A stretch of DNA of 64,000 bases from an uncultured Spirochaetota bacterium (GTDB taxonomy: Bacteria; Spirochaetota; Spirochaetia; SZUA-6; Fen-1364): the NCBI GenBank assembly GCA_963820525.1, contig CAWGAA010000003.1, forward strand, positions 928,001 to 992,000, given 5' to 3'. This document shows, piece after piece, positions 49,624 through 58,779 of the stretch; position 1 is the first letter of the stretch, and each line of letters starts with the position of its first letter. The position numbers and the translations under genes were made by a program. The notes under the pieces are model-generated. The model did no database searches, was not told the origin of the DNA, and saw only the letters and a program-made list of their open reading frames with translations.

Positions 49624-49806
49624 ATGGCCTCCCGTGCCTCTCCTAGGCTGATTCTCGACTTTGCATGCGCCCGAGTCGTCCGAATCCCGTCACATTTTGC
49701 TCATTTCAAAGTATTGGCGAAATTTCGCCACAAAGGCAACGCCTCGTCAAGAGGAATGATTATCCTCCAAGAGCCGATCGAAGTCGCACCCCGTCAAGGA
49801 AGAGAT

Positions 49807-50616
49807 CTATTTAATCGTAATGGATTGGCCGTGGATTTCAACGTTTCCGGCGCCGCGGACGATCTCATTGCCCAACTCAATGCAGGTTACGTAGTGGTTG
49901 TTGGTGATCAGCCCCTTTCCGAGGAGATAGTCGAAGAAAGCGCTCAGATTCAGGGGACCCTTGAGAATGGGTTTCCGCGCCACGAATGCGATGTAGTCCC
50001 ATGTATTCGCATTTTGCCCGGAAACGTCCCGATGTGCCTTGAGCACCCACACGTCGTAAGTCGCCCCGCCCAGCACCACGGTGTCCTGTCGGGCGCCCGC
50101 CGGCTGCAAGCCGTTATTGAAGTTCCAGATCATGATCTCGTGCGTGACGCGATCTCTGGTGGCGGGCAGAGCGGAGACGGCCCAGAAAGAGAAAGCCATA
50201 TTGCAGACGCCGTTGACGTCGATGGTGATGTCGAAATCTGCCGTCATGCTTCTCGAGCCGACTCGAAAAGGCATCTGATCCGTGAGGCCCAGAGGTTCAC
50301 TCCAGGGCGAGTCTCCGTAAACAACCTCGGGATACGCCACGACTACGAAGCCGGCCGGCCACGACCATTGCCAGCCAAAAGCTCGCTCGCCTTCCTTCTC
50401 CGACTCGAAGACGAACTGCTCGTGAGGGCCCAGCGCGGCATTCTTGTTCCAGACATTGTTCACGACAACGGACCCGTTCCCGAGCAGGATCTGTCCGCCA
50501 TCTTCCGAAGTCTGCTGAAGAATTCGGCTGCTTACAGGGGGAGTCCGGATGGAGGCGCACCCCGCCAGAAGAACCAGGAAAACCAAAGGCAAGAGGCGAA
50601 TCCACGGGAACTTCAT
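49807..50616 (-). CDS. GH12 endo-beta-1,4-glucanase, lipoprotein
   Basis: Lipobox LAGC; NNVWN, AYPEV, EIMIW (nucleophile), IELGNE (acid/base); AGGAGG RBS. Confidence 0.88.
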   Translation of the reverse strand: MKFPWIRLLPLVFLVLLAGCASIRTPPVSSRILQQTSEDGGQILLGNGSVVVNNVWNKNAALGPHEQFVFESEKEGERAFGWQWSWPAGFVVVAYPEVVYGDSPWSEPLGLTDQMPFRVGSRSMTADFDITIDVNGVCNMAFSFWAVSALPATRDRVTHEIMIWNFNNGLQPAGARQDTVVLGGATYDVWVLKAHRDVSGQNANTWDYIAFVARKPILKGPLNLSAFFDYLLGKGLITNNHYVTCIELGNEIVRGAGNVEIHGQSITIK

Positions 50617-50786
50617 ATTCCGACCTCCTGAATCGCAGGCGTTGCGAGCCTCGAAAAATGGCGGCAATCCCCGTGTCGTATCATCCTTCAGCCCGAGCCT
50701 GCCAGACGCAAATTTCGCGCATCCAAGCCGTGCTCGGCAACTGAACGCTATGCTAATGCGGGGCGGCCGAGGGGGGAGGGCCGGCC

Positions 50787-51068
50787 TTATCCCTCCTGCG
50801 GCATGTCGTCCAATCCGCCGGCATTGATGACATCTGCGAAGCCGGCCTGCTTCAACAGCCGTGCCGCCTGTCCGCTGCGCGCGCCGGATGCGCAGTACAG
50901 CACGATGGGAGCGCTTTTCGGCTCCAGCTCGTTCATGCGAAGGGGAAGCGCTGCCAGGGGGATGTTGATGGCCCCGGGATAGCACCCATCGGCGTACTCC
51001 GCGGGAGTCCTGACGTCCACGACTCGCGCTCCCGCCTTGATCTTTTCCTTTACCGTATTGAAAGCCAT
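50787..51068 (-). CDS. Single-domain rhodanese
   Basis: DVRTPAEY, GAINIP, YCASGARS. Confidence 0.92.
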   Translation of the reverse strand: MAFNTVKEKIKAGARVVDVRTPAEYADGCYPGAINIPLAALPLRMNELEPKSAPIVLYCASGARSGQAARLLKQAGFADVINAGGLDDMPQEG

Positions 51069-51112
51069 GACCTCTCCTTGATATACGCGACCTTTTTGGG
51101 AGCGCCTTTAAG

Positions 51113-52777
51113 TTATTCCTCGATATCGAAACCGCCGTGCGCCAGCACGGAGACGTAGCCGCCGGTCAGATTTTTTACTTTGGAGAACCCGAGGTTTTTC
51201 AATATCCGAAGCGCAATGTGGGACCTGGCGCCGGAACGGCATTGCACCACGATGGGCTTCCCGCGGGGCACTTCATCCAGCCTGAACCGAAGCTCGTCCA
51301 GGGGTATGTGAAGCGCGCCCCTCACGTGAGACGATTCGTACTCACCGAGGTTTCTCACGTCCAGGATGACGGGGCGCTCCTCTTCTCTGGCCGAGGAGAG
51401 CATGATTTTCAGCTCCGGGGCCGTGACGAGCGGGCTGAACCCGCTCACGTCGTTCAATCCCACAAAGGCCGCCACATTCAGGGGATCGTTGGCGGAGGAG
51501 AAAGGCGGGGCATAGGAAAGGTCGATCTCCGCCAGGTCGTGCAGGGTGAGCTTGCCCTGGAGCGCCACAGCGAAAGCGTCTATCCGTTTCTCGACGCCTT
51601 CCTGGCCGAACGCCTGCGCACCCAGCAGCCGCGCGGATTCCCTGTCGTAAACTATCTTGAGGACCATCTCCTTGGCGCCCGGGTAATAGGCAGCATGGTG
51701 GTCCTTGACCACCACCGCGGCGCCGACGCTGAATCCGGCGGCACGGGCGGCGGCTTCCGTGAGACCCGTGCCTGCCGCCACGGCGTCGAACACCTTGACC
51801 ACGTTGGTGCCCACGCCGCCGGCGTAGGTGAGGGACATGCCCAGAGCGTTGGAGGCCGCTATCCTTCCCTGCCTGTTGGCCGGACCTGCCAGCGGAATCC
51901 GGACCTTGCGGCCGGATACCTTGTGGGTGATTTCCGTCATATCGCCCGCGGCCCATATGCTCTCATCCGAGGTCTTGAGGCGGCTGTCCACCAGGACCCC
52001 GCCGGCCTCCCCTATCCTCAAGCCGGCTTTCCTGGCCAATTCCAGGGCCGGCCGCACGCCCACGGACACGAGGACCACCGCGGCGGGCGCCCGCGAACCG
52101 TCCGAAAGCTCCACTTCCCGGGACTGCGCGTGAACCGCCGCAAGGCCCACTCCCGTCCTCACGCGGACCCCCTGGGATTCCAGGTGCTTCTCTATCATTG
52201 CTGCGAACTCGTAGTCCATCCCCGACATGACGTGGGGGAGCAGCTCCACGACGGTGGTGGCAATGCCGCGGGCCGTGAAAGCCTCCGCCATCTCCAGGCC
52301 GATGAATCCCCCGCCCGCGATCACGGCGGATGCGGGCTTCTCGGTTTCAATGAATCGCAGGATTCCATCCATGTCGGGGATGGTCCACAGGCGAAAGACA
52401 TTGGCAGAATCGATGCCTGCAATGGGAGGCAGGACCGGAGCCCCGCCTTGAGCCAGGATGAGCGCGTCATAGGAGAGCCAGGACTCGCCCTGCGGCCCTC
52501 TGATCCTCACGCGCTTTCCGTTCCGGTCTATCTCTATCGCCTCCGTTTCCACCAGCACCTTCACCCCGTAACGGGTGTTGAAGCCCTCGGGAGTCTGGAG
52601 CAGGAGCTTGGACCGCTTCTGGATGTGCCGGGAGATGTAATAGGGCAGGCCGCAGTTGGCGTACGAGACGTACGGTCCCCGCTCCACAACCGTGATTTCA
52701 GCGTCCTCGCTTATGCGGCGCGCCCTGGCCGCCGCGGTGGCCCCTGCCGCCACCCCCCCGATGATAAGAAGCTTCAT
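51113..52777 (-). CDS. CoA-disulfide/persulfide reductase with C-terminal rhodanese domain
   Basis: GGVAAG, SYANCGLPY, GGGFIGLE, YAPPFS, then DVRN...CRSGARS. Confidence 0.9.
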   Translation of the reverse strand: MKLLIIGGVAAGATAAARARRISEDAEITVVERGPYVSYANCGLPYYISRHIQKRSKLLLQTPEGFNTRYGVKVLVETEAIEIDRNGKRVRIRGPQGESWLSYDALILAQGGAPVLPPIAGIDSANVFRLWTIPDMDGILRFIETEKPASAVIAGGGFIGLEMAEAFTARGIATTVVELLPHVMSGMDYEFAAMIEKHLESQGVRVRTGVGLAAVHAQSREVELSDGSRAPAAVVLVSVGVRPALELARKAGLRIGEAGGVLVDSRLKTSDESIWAAGDMTEITHKVSGRKVRIPLAGPANRQGRIAASNALGMSLTYAGGVGTNVVKVFDAVAAGTGLTEAAARAAGFSVGAAVVVKDHHAAYYPGAKEMVLKIVYDRESARLLGAQAFGQEGVEKRIDAFAVALQGKLTLHDLAEIDLSYAPPFSSANDPLNVAAFVGLNDVSGFSPLVTAPELKIMLSSAREEERPVILDVRNLGEYESSHVRGALHIPLDELRFRLDEVPRGKPIVVQCRSGARSHIALRILKNLGFSKVKNLTGGYVSVLAHGGFDIEE

Positions 52778-53045
52778 TGCCTTCCTTTCCGGATCACTAT
52801 GCTACGCCGCGCTTCTTCTCCGTGTCGAGATGCCGAACGGGTGGTACAGGGGGCAGAACCCCACAGCCGCCAGGGCGGCCCTGATGATCCTGTCCGAAAT
52901 CGATCAAAGATCGTGGGACAAGGATAGGAGAAAACGACGGATCTTTCGGTGACTTCAGTCACACAGGAGCAGAGCTCTCCTCCCTGCCCACGCCCTGTTG
53001 CCCCTCGGTCCCTATCGACCTATAATGCCGGCGTTCAAAGGTTTC

Positions 53046-55223
53046 ATGATGCGCCGTCAATCAAAGATCCGCGAAGCCCTCAAAGCGTTCGAGAGCCACA
53101 AAAAGGGGCTTCTCCTTCACATCGCCGAGATCGCGTGTTCCGGACTCGCGCTGGCGTGGTTCTTCCTTCCCCTCTTCTCGAACGCGCGAGGGGGAATGGT
53201 TGCCCCCCTCCTGCCGCTCTCCTTCCTCGACTCCGCCCGGCGGGAAATCGTCCCCTTCCTCATCGTCACCTGCGTCGTCTACCCCGTTCCCCTCATCTGC
53301 CTTTTCAAGATCGCGTCCGCCTTCCTGGAGACAGCCGTTCCCTCCATCGCCGATCCTGCCCGCATCCCGGCGATCGTCCTCGACATCCTGGGCTCGGCGC
53401 TCGTGCTGGCCACGCTCATGATCCAGCTGGTATCCTTTGCCGACGGCCCCGATTTTTTCGCCGCGCTGCCGTGGCTCACCTACGCCGTCTTTTTCGCGGC
53501 CTTGGCCGCCAACGCGGCCTCCATCGCTTTTCTCATCTCGGCTGTGAACAAGAACGATCCCGCCTACCAGGAGTATCTCGCGTTCAAGCGCAGGGGCGAT
53601 GCCCGGGGACGCGGCCTGCTGGGACTCCTTCGGGGGCGGGGCATCATGAAGAGGCTCGCGCTCACCCTCTTTCCATTCCTCCTTCTCATCATCGGGGTCC
53701 CCACCGCTGTGTTCATGCGCGATTTCAGCTCCACGCTCCTGGCGGAGGCGATCGCGGATGGAAAGACAAACGCCGAACGCACGGCCAACGTCGTGCGGGC
53801 CAACCCATCGGAGCCCGGCATCATCGACGACTACCTCAAATTCGAGGCCAGGAGAAACGCGGATTCGCCCGTTTCCTTTCGCGCCATCAGCTTCATGCGC
53901 CGGGATGGGAAGACCGACACCTTTGAAATTGCCGCCAGCACGGACCGCTGGAGGATAGGCAGGCGAGTCCAGCGGCGGCCCTCGACGCTCGCATACCCGA
54001 GCTATCGCGTTCCGGATGATTCGGATTCAATCGAGTTCATCGCGCCCGTAGCGGTCTCGGGGAGCCTCATCGGCTTCGTAAGCGTCATGTATGCGCGCGA
54101 GGTGATCTCGGCTCCGTACTTCCGCGCCGAGGTCAAGGCCATCCTCATCGCGGGCCTCGCGGTCTATGCCGCGATCTTCCTCACCTACCTGTTCGGAAAA
54201 AACATCGCGTTTCCCATTCTGCTGCTGCGCATGAGCGTCCATGCCATCTCCCAGACCCTTGCCGGCATGATGAACGGCAGGCTGCGCGTTTCGGCGAGCC
54301 TCTTGCAATACAAGGACCGGGTGAAAACGAACGACGAGATCAAGGCGCTCTCGAACGAAGTGCGCGCAATGACCTCCGTCATCCGCGGAGTGGTTCCCTA
54401 TTTATCGGCTTCCGCCCTCACCCATGCGGAGCGCCTGTCCCCCAGGACGGAGAGGAAGAACCTCACCTTCCTGTTCACAGACATCCGCGGCTTTACCTCC
54501 CTCTGCGAGGGGCACGATCCGGACTGGATCGTGGAGGTCTTGAACCGCTACCTCGACATCCAGGCTGGAATCATCCTGGCAAACGGCGGAGACATCGACA
54601 AGTTCGTTGGGGACGAGATCATGGCGATGTTCAAGGGGCAGGGAAAGGAGATCGCCGCGTGCCGCGCCGCCCTGGAGATCAACTCCGCCATCGTGGCCGA
54701 AAAGGAGCTGGCGGATCTGACAAGCCGCCACGCGGTCTCCATCGGCGTCGGTATCCATAGCGGGCCGGTGGTTTTCGGCAGCATCGGCGCCCGGGACAGG
54801 CGGGACTTCACCAGCATCGGGGACACGGTAAACCTCGCGGCGCGCCTGGAAGGCGCCACCAAGAACTACCAGACCAGGTCGCTCATCTCCGAGATGGTGT
54901 ACGAAAAAGCGAGGAAGAGCTTCCTCTGCCGCGAGATCGACCTTCTCACGGTCAAGGGCAAGCGGGAGAGCGCGCGGATATTCGAGCTGTTGCGGGAGCG
55001 AGCCAAGGCCACCGACAGGGACCATGAGACGAAGCGGATCTTCGAGGAGGGCCTGGAGCTCTACCGCAAGCGGAGGTGGGAGACGGCGGAGCAGCGCTTC
55101 GCGTTTCTGAAGGAAAAGTACCGGGACGGAGCGAGCGAGGTCTTCCTCCGGCGCGTGGAGCTCTTCAAGTCGAACCCCCCGCCCCAGGACTGGGACGGGG
55201 TTTTCAACCTCATGGTCAAGTAG
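53046..55223 (+). CDS. Membrane-bound class III adenylate cyclase
   Basis: Multiple TMs; FTDIRGFT, DKFVGDE, DFTSIGDTVNLAARLE, VKGK. Lys/Asp residues point to ATP specificity. Confidence 0.9.
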   Translation: MMRRQSKIREALKAFESHKKGLLLHIAEIACSGLALAWFFLPLFSNARGGMVAPLLPLSFLDSARREIVPFLIVTCVVYPVPLICLFKIASAFLETAVPSIADPARIPAIVLDILGSALVLATLMIQLVSFADGPDFFAALPWLTYAVFFAALAANAASIAFLISAVNKNDPAYQEYLAFKRRGDARGRGLLGLLRGRGIMKRLALTLFPFLLLIIGVPTAVFMRDFSSTLLAEAIADGKTNAERTANVVRANPSEPGIIDDYLKFEARRNADSPVSFRAISFMRRDGKTDTFEIAASTDRWRIGRRVQRRPSTLAYPSYRVPDDSDSIEFIAPVAVSGSLIGFVSVMYAREVISAPYFRAEVKAILIAGLAVYAAIFLTYLFGKNIAFPILLLRMSVHAISQTLAGMMNGRLRVSASLLQYKDRVKTNDEIKALSNEVRAMTSVIRGVVPYLSASALTHAERLSPRTERKNLTFLFTDIRGFTSLCEGHDPDWIVEVLNRYLDIQAGIILANGGDIDKFVGDEIMAMFKGQGKEIAACRAALEINSAIVAEKELADLTSRHAVSIGVGIHSGPVVFGSIGARDRRDFTSIGDTVNLAARLEGATKNYQTRSLISEMVYEKARKSFLCREIDLLTVKGKRESARIFELLRERAKATDRDHETKRIFEEGLELYRKRRWETAEQRFAFLKEKYRDGASEVFLRRVELFKSNPPPQDWDGVFNLMVK

Positions 55224-55257
55224 GGGCCGCGCACGGGACGCACGTGCCCTCGCCGCC

Positions 55258-55602
55258 TCAACGCGCTCGTACGGCGGCGAGATTCGCGCGGGCCTGGGGC
55301 GCATTCGCGTGGAAAGCCTCGAGCTTCGCACAGGCGAAATCGGGGCAGTCGGCGCAGGTAGCGTACCCCTTGCCCAGGCCGCAGAGGCGGAGCTCGCACA
55401 TCGAGCAGTATCCGATGTGCTTTCCGTCCTTCACGATGCATCCCACGCAATCCACATCCTCGGCCTTGAACTCGGCATGGTACTCCTTGGACCACTGGTC
55501 CGCCACCTTCCTCCGCTCTTCCATGGACAGCTTTTCCGAGGCGTGAAACGCCGGGCAGGCGGCGCAATCCAGGCCGCAGATCGCAAGCACGGTCTTTTCC
55601 AT
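55258..55602 (-). CDS. DUF3795-like cysteine-rich protein
   Basis: CGLDCAACP, CVGC, CSMCELRLC, CADCPDFAC. Confidence 0.82.
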   Translation of the reverse strand: MEKTVLAICGLDCAACPAFHASEKLSMEERRKVADQWSKEYHAEFKAEDVDCVGCIVKDGKHIGYCSMCELRLCGLGKGYATCADCPDFACAKLEAFHANAPQARANLAAVRAR

Positions 55603-55629
55603 TATGAAACCTCCTTGGTCGATGAGTCG

Positions 55630-55664
55630 AGTTTACGCTGGGGTACCTGACAGCAGTGTGTCAG
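55630..55664 (-). promoter_or_regulatory. Probable WYL-regulator binding site and promoter for the DUF3795 gene
   Basis: Palindrome CTGACA-N6-TGTCAG at 55647-55664, followed on the minus strand after 11 nt by TAAACT. Confidence 0.7.
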
Positions 55665-55680
55665 TGTCTGGGGAAAAAAA

Positions 55681-56622
55681 TCAGGGCTCGGAGTTGCGGC
55701 CAGCCGTGTCGAGCGCCAGGGTTCGGATCCTCACCCGCAGCCAGTCCGGCTCCATGACCGCCACCTCGGGCCCGAAGGAGAGGATCTGGCTTTCCACCCA
55801 GTCGCCGTAGGGGAAGCTGAGGGTGAAGACAAGCGAGCCGTCGGCGCATTCCTCAGGGCTCTGCCACGAAAAGGCATCGCGCGCCTTCTGCGCCGCACGG
55901 GCGGAGAAATGCAGTCGGATCCTGGTGGGCGGCTCCGCTTCCCAGCCGCCTTCCCAGGGAAACGGGCGGCGCCCCGGCTTCCTGTGGAAGAGGGCCTTCT
56001 CCTCCACCTCGAGGGCGGAAACCCGCGAGAGCCTGAAGAAACGGTAGTCCTTCTTCGACAGGTCCCAGGCGTAGAGATACCAGACGTCCGCCTGGAGCAC
56101 CAGCGTGAGGGGCTCCACGCGGCGCCGCCCCTTTTCTCCACCGCTTTTTGTGTACGTAAAGCCGATGACGCGCCGCCGCTCGATGGCCCGCCGGATCGCC
56201 TCCAGGAGCTCGGTCCATGCCGACGGCATCCCCCAGGGGATGGGGACGTACACGACGGGAGGCAGGTCTTCCCTCTTCTCCCGCGCGGGACCGGTTCTCG
56301 AGGAGAGAGCTTTCAGCTTGGCCAGGACCGCTTCGATGGTCTTGTCCTTGATCGCCGCGTTGATGCCCTTGAGCGCCGAAAAAAGGGCCAGGAGCTCTTC
56401 CTCCTTGAAGAAGGCGCGATCAAGGGTGAACGACTCCACCAGCCCATATCCCCCATCGAGGCCTGCCGAGGAGACGATGGGCACCCCGGCGAGACCGAGG
56501 GTCTCCATGTCGCGATAGATGGTCCGAAGCGTGACCCCGAAGTACGAGGCGAGCTCCCGTGCCGTGACCTTCTGGCGGGAAAGCAGATAGAGAAGAATGG
56601 CGATGAGCCGATCGATCTTCAT
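55681..56622 (-). CDS. YafY-family HTH-WYL-WCX transcriptional regulator
   Basis: MKIDRL...TARELA..F.VTLRTIYRD; RRVEP...WYLYAW...RFFRLSRV; ILSFGPEV..EP.WLR. Confidence 0.93.
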   Translation of the reverse strand: MKIDRLIAILLYLLSRQKVTARELASYFGVTLRTIYRDMETLGLAGVPIVSSAGLDGGYGLVESFTLDRAFFKEEELLALFSALKGINAAIKDKTIEAVLAKLKALSSRTGPAREKREDLPPVVYVPIPWGMPSAWTELLEAIRRAIERRRVIGFTYTKSGGEKGRRRVEPLTLVLQADVWYLYAWDLSKKDYRFFRLSRVSALEVEEKALFHRKPGRRPFPWEGGWEAEPPTRIRLHFSARAAQKARDAFSWQSPEECADGSLVFTLSFPYGDWVESQILSFGPEVAVMEPDWLRVRIRTLALDTAGRNSEP

Positions 56623-56652
56623 CGACGCCCCCTGTCAACGACGGAGGGTCGG

Positions 56653-57423
56653 CTACTGAATGGTCAGGCGGTAGTCGGAGATGTGCACGATCCCCTTCCC
56701 CTCTATTATCTCGTTTCCCAGCTCGACGCTTGCGATGTGGAGGTCCTTTGTCAGGATGCCCTGGTCTACCAGGTAATCAACGAAGCCGCTCAGATCCAGC
56801 GGGCCCTTGAGGATGGGCTCTCGCGCGACGAAGGCGGTCCCGCCGACATCGACCGAGCCCGTGAGCTCCCCCGCCGGGACGCCGCCCGACGCGTCTCCAT
56901 GGCATCCCTTCAGGTACATGTCGAAGGCGGTCCCGCCGACATCGACCGAGCCCGTGAGCTCCCCCGCCGGGACGCCGCCGTTGTTGGCGATCCAGATCAT
57001 GATCTCGTGGGTGATGTTGTCCTTGGTGCCCGGAAGAGCAGATACGGGCCACAGCTCGAACGCCATGTTGTAGGTCCCCGTCGCTTCCAGGCAGATGTCG
57101 TAATCCGCCACGATCCTCTTCTCTCCGACATGGAAGGGCATCTCCCGCGCGAGGCCCCGGGGCTGGTCCCACGGCCATCCGAACGCAGGCTTTCCCTGAT
57201 AGGTTTCCAAGAAGACGGTCTCCGTATACGGGCCGGAGGTGGCGCCCTTGTTCCACACGTTGTTGAGAACGACGTATCCTTCGCCGTGAAATATCTGAGC
57301 GTAATCCTGCGACAATTCCTTGAGAATCCGACGCGCCGAGCCCGTCGATGCCGTTGAGCTGCATCCCATGAATACGAGCAGGCAGACCGCAAGAATCGAA
57401 AGCGCGACGCGAGCTCTTCTCAT
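56653..57423 (-). CDS. Second GH12-like lipoprotein with an in-frame deletion and duplication, possibly inactive
   Basis: Lipobox FMGC; NNVWN, EIMIW, VELGNE; lacks the AYPEV segment and has a duplicated 19-aa stretch. Confidence 0.8.
   Translation of the reverse strand: MRRARVALSILAVCLLVFMGCSSTASTGSARRILKELSQDYAQIFHGEGYVVLNNVWNKGATSGPYTETVFLETYQGKPAFGWPWDQPRGLAREMPFHVGEKRIVADYDICLEATGTYNMAFELWPVSALPGTKDNITHEIMIWIANNGGVPAGELTGSVDVGGTAFDMYLKGCHGDASGGVPAGELTGSVDVGGTAFVAREPILKGPLDLSGFVDYLVDQGILTKDLHIASVELGNEIIEGKGIVHISDYRLTIQ
56829..56979. repeat. Exact 58-bp direct repeat inside the second GH12 gene
   Basis: Identical copies at 56829-56886 and 56922-56979. Confidence 0.92.
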
Positions 57424-57549
57424 GAAAAAGCCTCCCTCTGGCGGTATACTCTGCTCATCCATCCGGAAAATTCAAGCCCCGCGGGCGGTGACAAATCCGC
57501 ACCGCAGTGGTGTTGTAGTATTGAAAGTCCGTCTGAAAAGGAGCATGGA

Positions 57550-58257
57550 ATGAGACCTTCCCTGAAAGTAATCGCCGGAGCATGCCTTCTCCTGGGGGCT
57601 GCGCTCCTGCTCGCCTCCTGCGAAACCGTCAACAGGCTGGACAGGTACAGCGTCGAGGATGCCACTCTGACGGTGGACATGAGGGTGCCGCCGGAGCCTA
57701 CCATGAAGGTGGGATATTCCGTCACGTTCGATCTGCATGACCCCCTGGTCACGGTTCTCAGCGTCGGCACGAACATTGCCAAGGCGGGCGAGGCCTCCGA
57801 GGCGGAAGTCCGGATGCGTGAGGCCCTCCAATCCGTCGACGTGCCGGCGATCCTCTTGAAGGAAGCAACCTCCGCGTGCGCCCAGGCCCTTGATGCCAGG
57901 CTGGAGGACCGCAGGATCGATGCCGACTATCTCTTGAACCTGGACGTCCACGAATACGGCATCGAGGCCGATTCTCCCGGGGGTGGGGTGTCGCTTCGAT
58001 TGCGGCTCACCGCGAGCCTCTACCACAATAACAGCGGAGAGCTGGTATGGCGCAGGGGAATCGTGGTCCACAAGAACGCCAGCCCGAGCTTATTCGGCCT
58101 GGGGGACATCGTCGGCAATATCGTGAGTGCGGGGGCGCTGTCCGACATGTCCATCGAACAGATGGCGGCCGGCTTCACTCGGCTGGCGGAGGATTCCGCC
58201 CGTGTCGTGGCGCGCACCATGGAGGATGACCTGTACGCCGCCCGCTACGACGAGTAG
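57550..58257 (+). CDS. Hypothetical lipoprotein
   Basis: Signal peptide with lipobox LASC; AAGGAG RBS. Confidence 0.8.
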   Translation: MRPSLKVIAGACLLLGAALLLASCETVNRLDRYSVEDATLTVDMRVPPEPTMKVGYSVTFDLHDPLVTVLSVGTNIAKAGEASEAEVRMREALQSVDVPAILLKEATSACAQALDARLEDRRIDADYLLNLDVHEYGIEADSPGGGVSLRLRLTASLYHNNSGELVWRRGIVVHKNASPSLFGLGDIVGNIVSAGALSDMSIEQMAAGFTRLAEDSARVVARTMEDDLYAARYDE

Positions 58258-58336
58258 CGGTCAGGATCAAAGACAGGAGCGGGCGGAGAGAAGGCAAGGG
58301 CAAACCGCCCGCCCCCTTGCTTGGAGGATCGGAGCG

Positions 58337-58549
58337 TTACTTTTTCTTTGTCGCCTGACGGTATCGGTCCATGATCTCCTTCAGGCCTTCGTTCTTTCCG
58401 CCGTTCGTCTTCTCGATAGAAGCGGCCATGGCCTCGATTATCCCTTCGTCCAGAGTCTTGTCGCTCATGGCGCATAAGCCCTTGAAGATATTGTGGAGCC
58501 GGACCGGGACTCCCTTGACCAGCACATCGACCCTTTCCAGCTTTTCCAT
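58337..58549 (-). CDS. Small hypothetical protein, possibly ribbon-helix-helix DNA-binding
   Basis: VDVLVKGVP..LH..FK..C....KTL...IIEAM pattern; AGGAGA RBS. Confidence 0.6.
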   Translation of the reverse strand: MEKLERVDVLVKGVPVRLHNIFKGLCAMSDKTLDEGIIEAMAASIEKTNGGKNEGLKEIMDRYRQATKKK

Positions 58550-58779
58550 AAAGTTCTCCTCTTTCATGAAAGAAGTTGCTGCGCGGGGCCCCATGTGGCA
58601 GACCCCACAACACTATAATATTGAAGACAATAAGCGTGCCATGTGCGATTCCATGCCTACTGTTTTTAATTATTTCTATAGTAAGTAATTATTATAATTT
58701 CTGAAAGCATGAGATGCTTGAATCTGATTCCCGCCGACAGTTATGAAGTTGAATGAGGATTTCAGTTTCAAGAATGTAA

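Noticed and set aside
55681..56622. WYL protein as a marker of an anti-phage defence island
   Set aside because: It is YafY-type with a small downstream target, and no defence genes are nearby.
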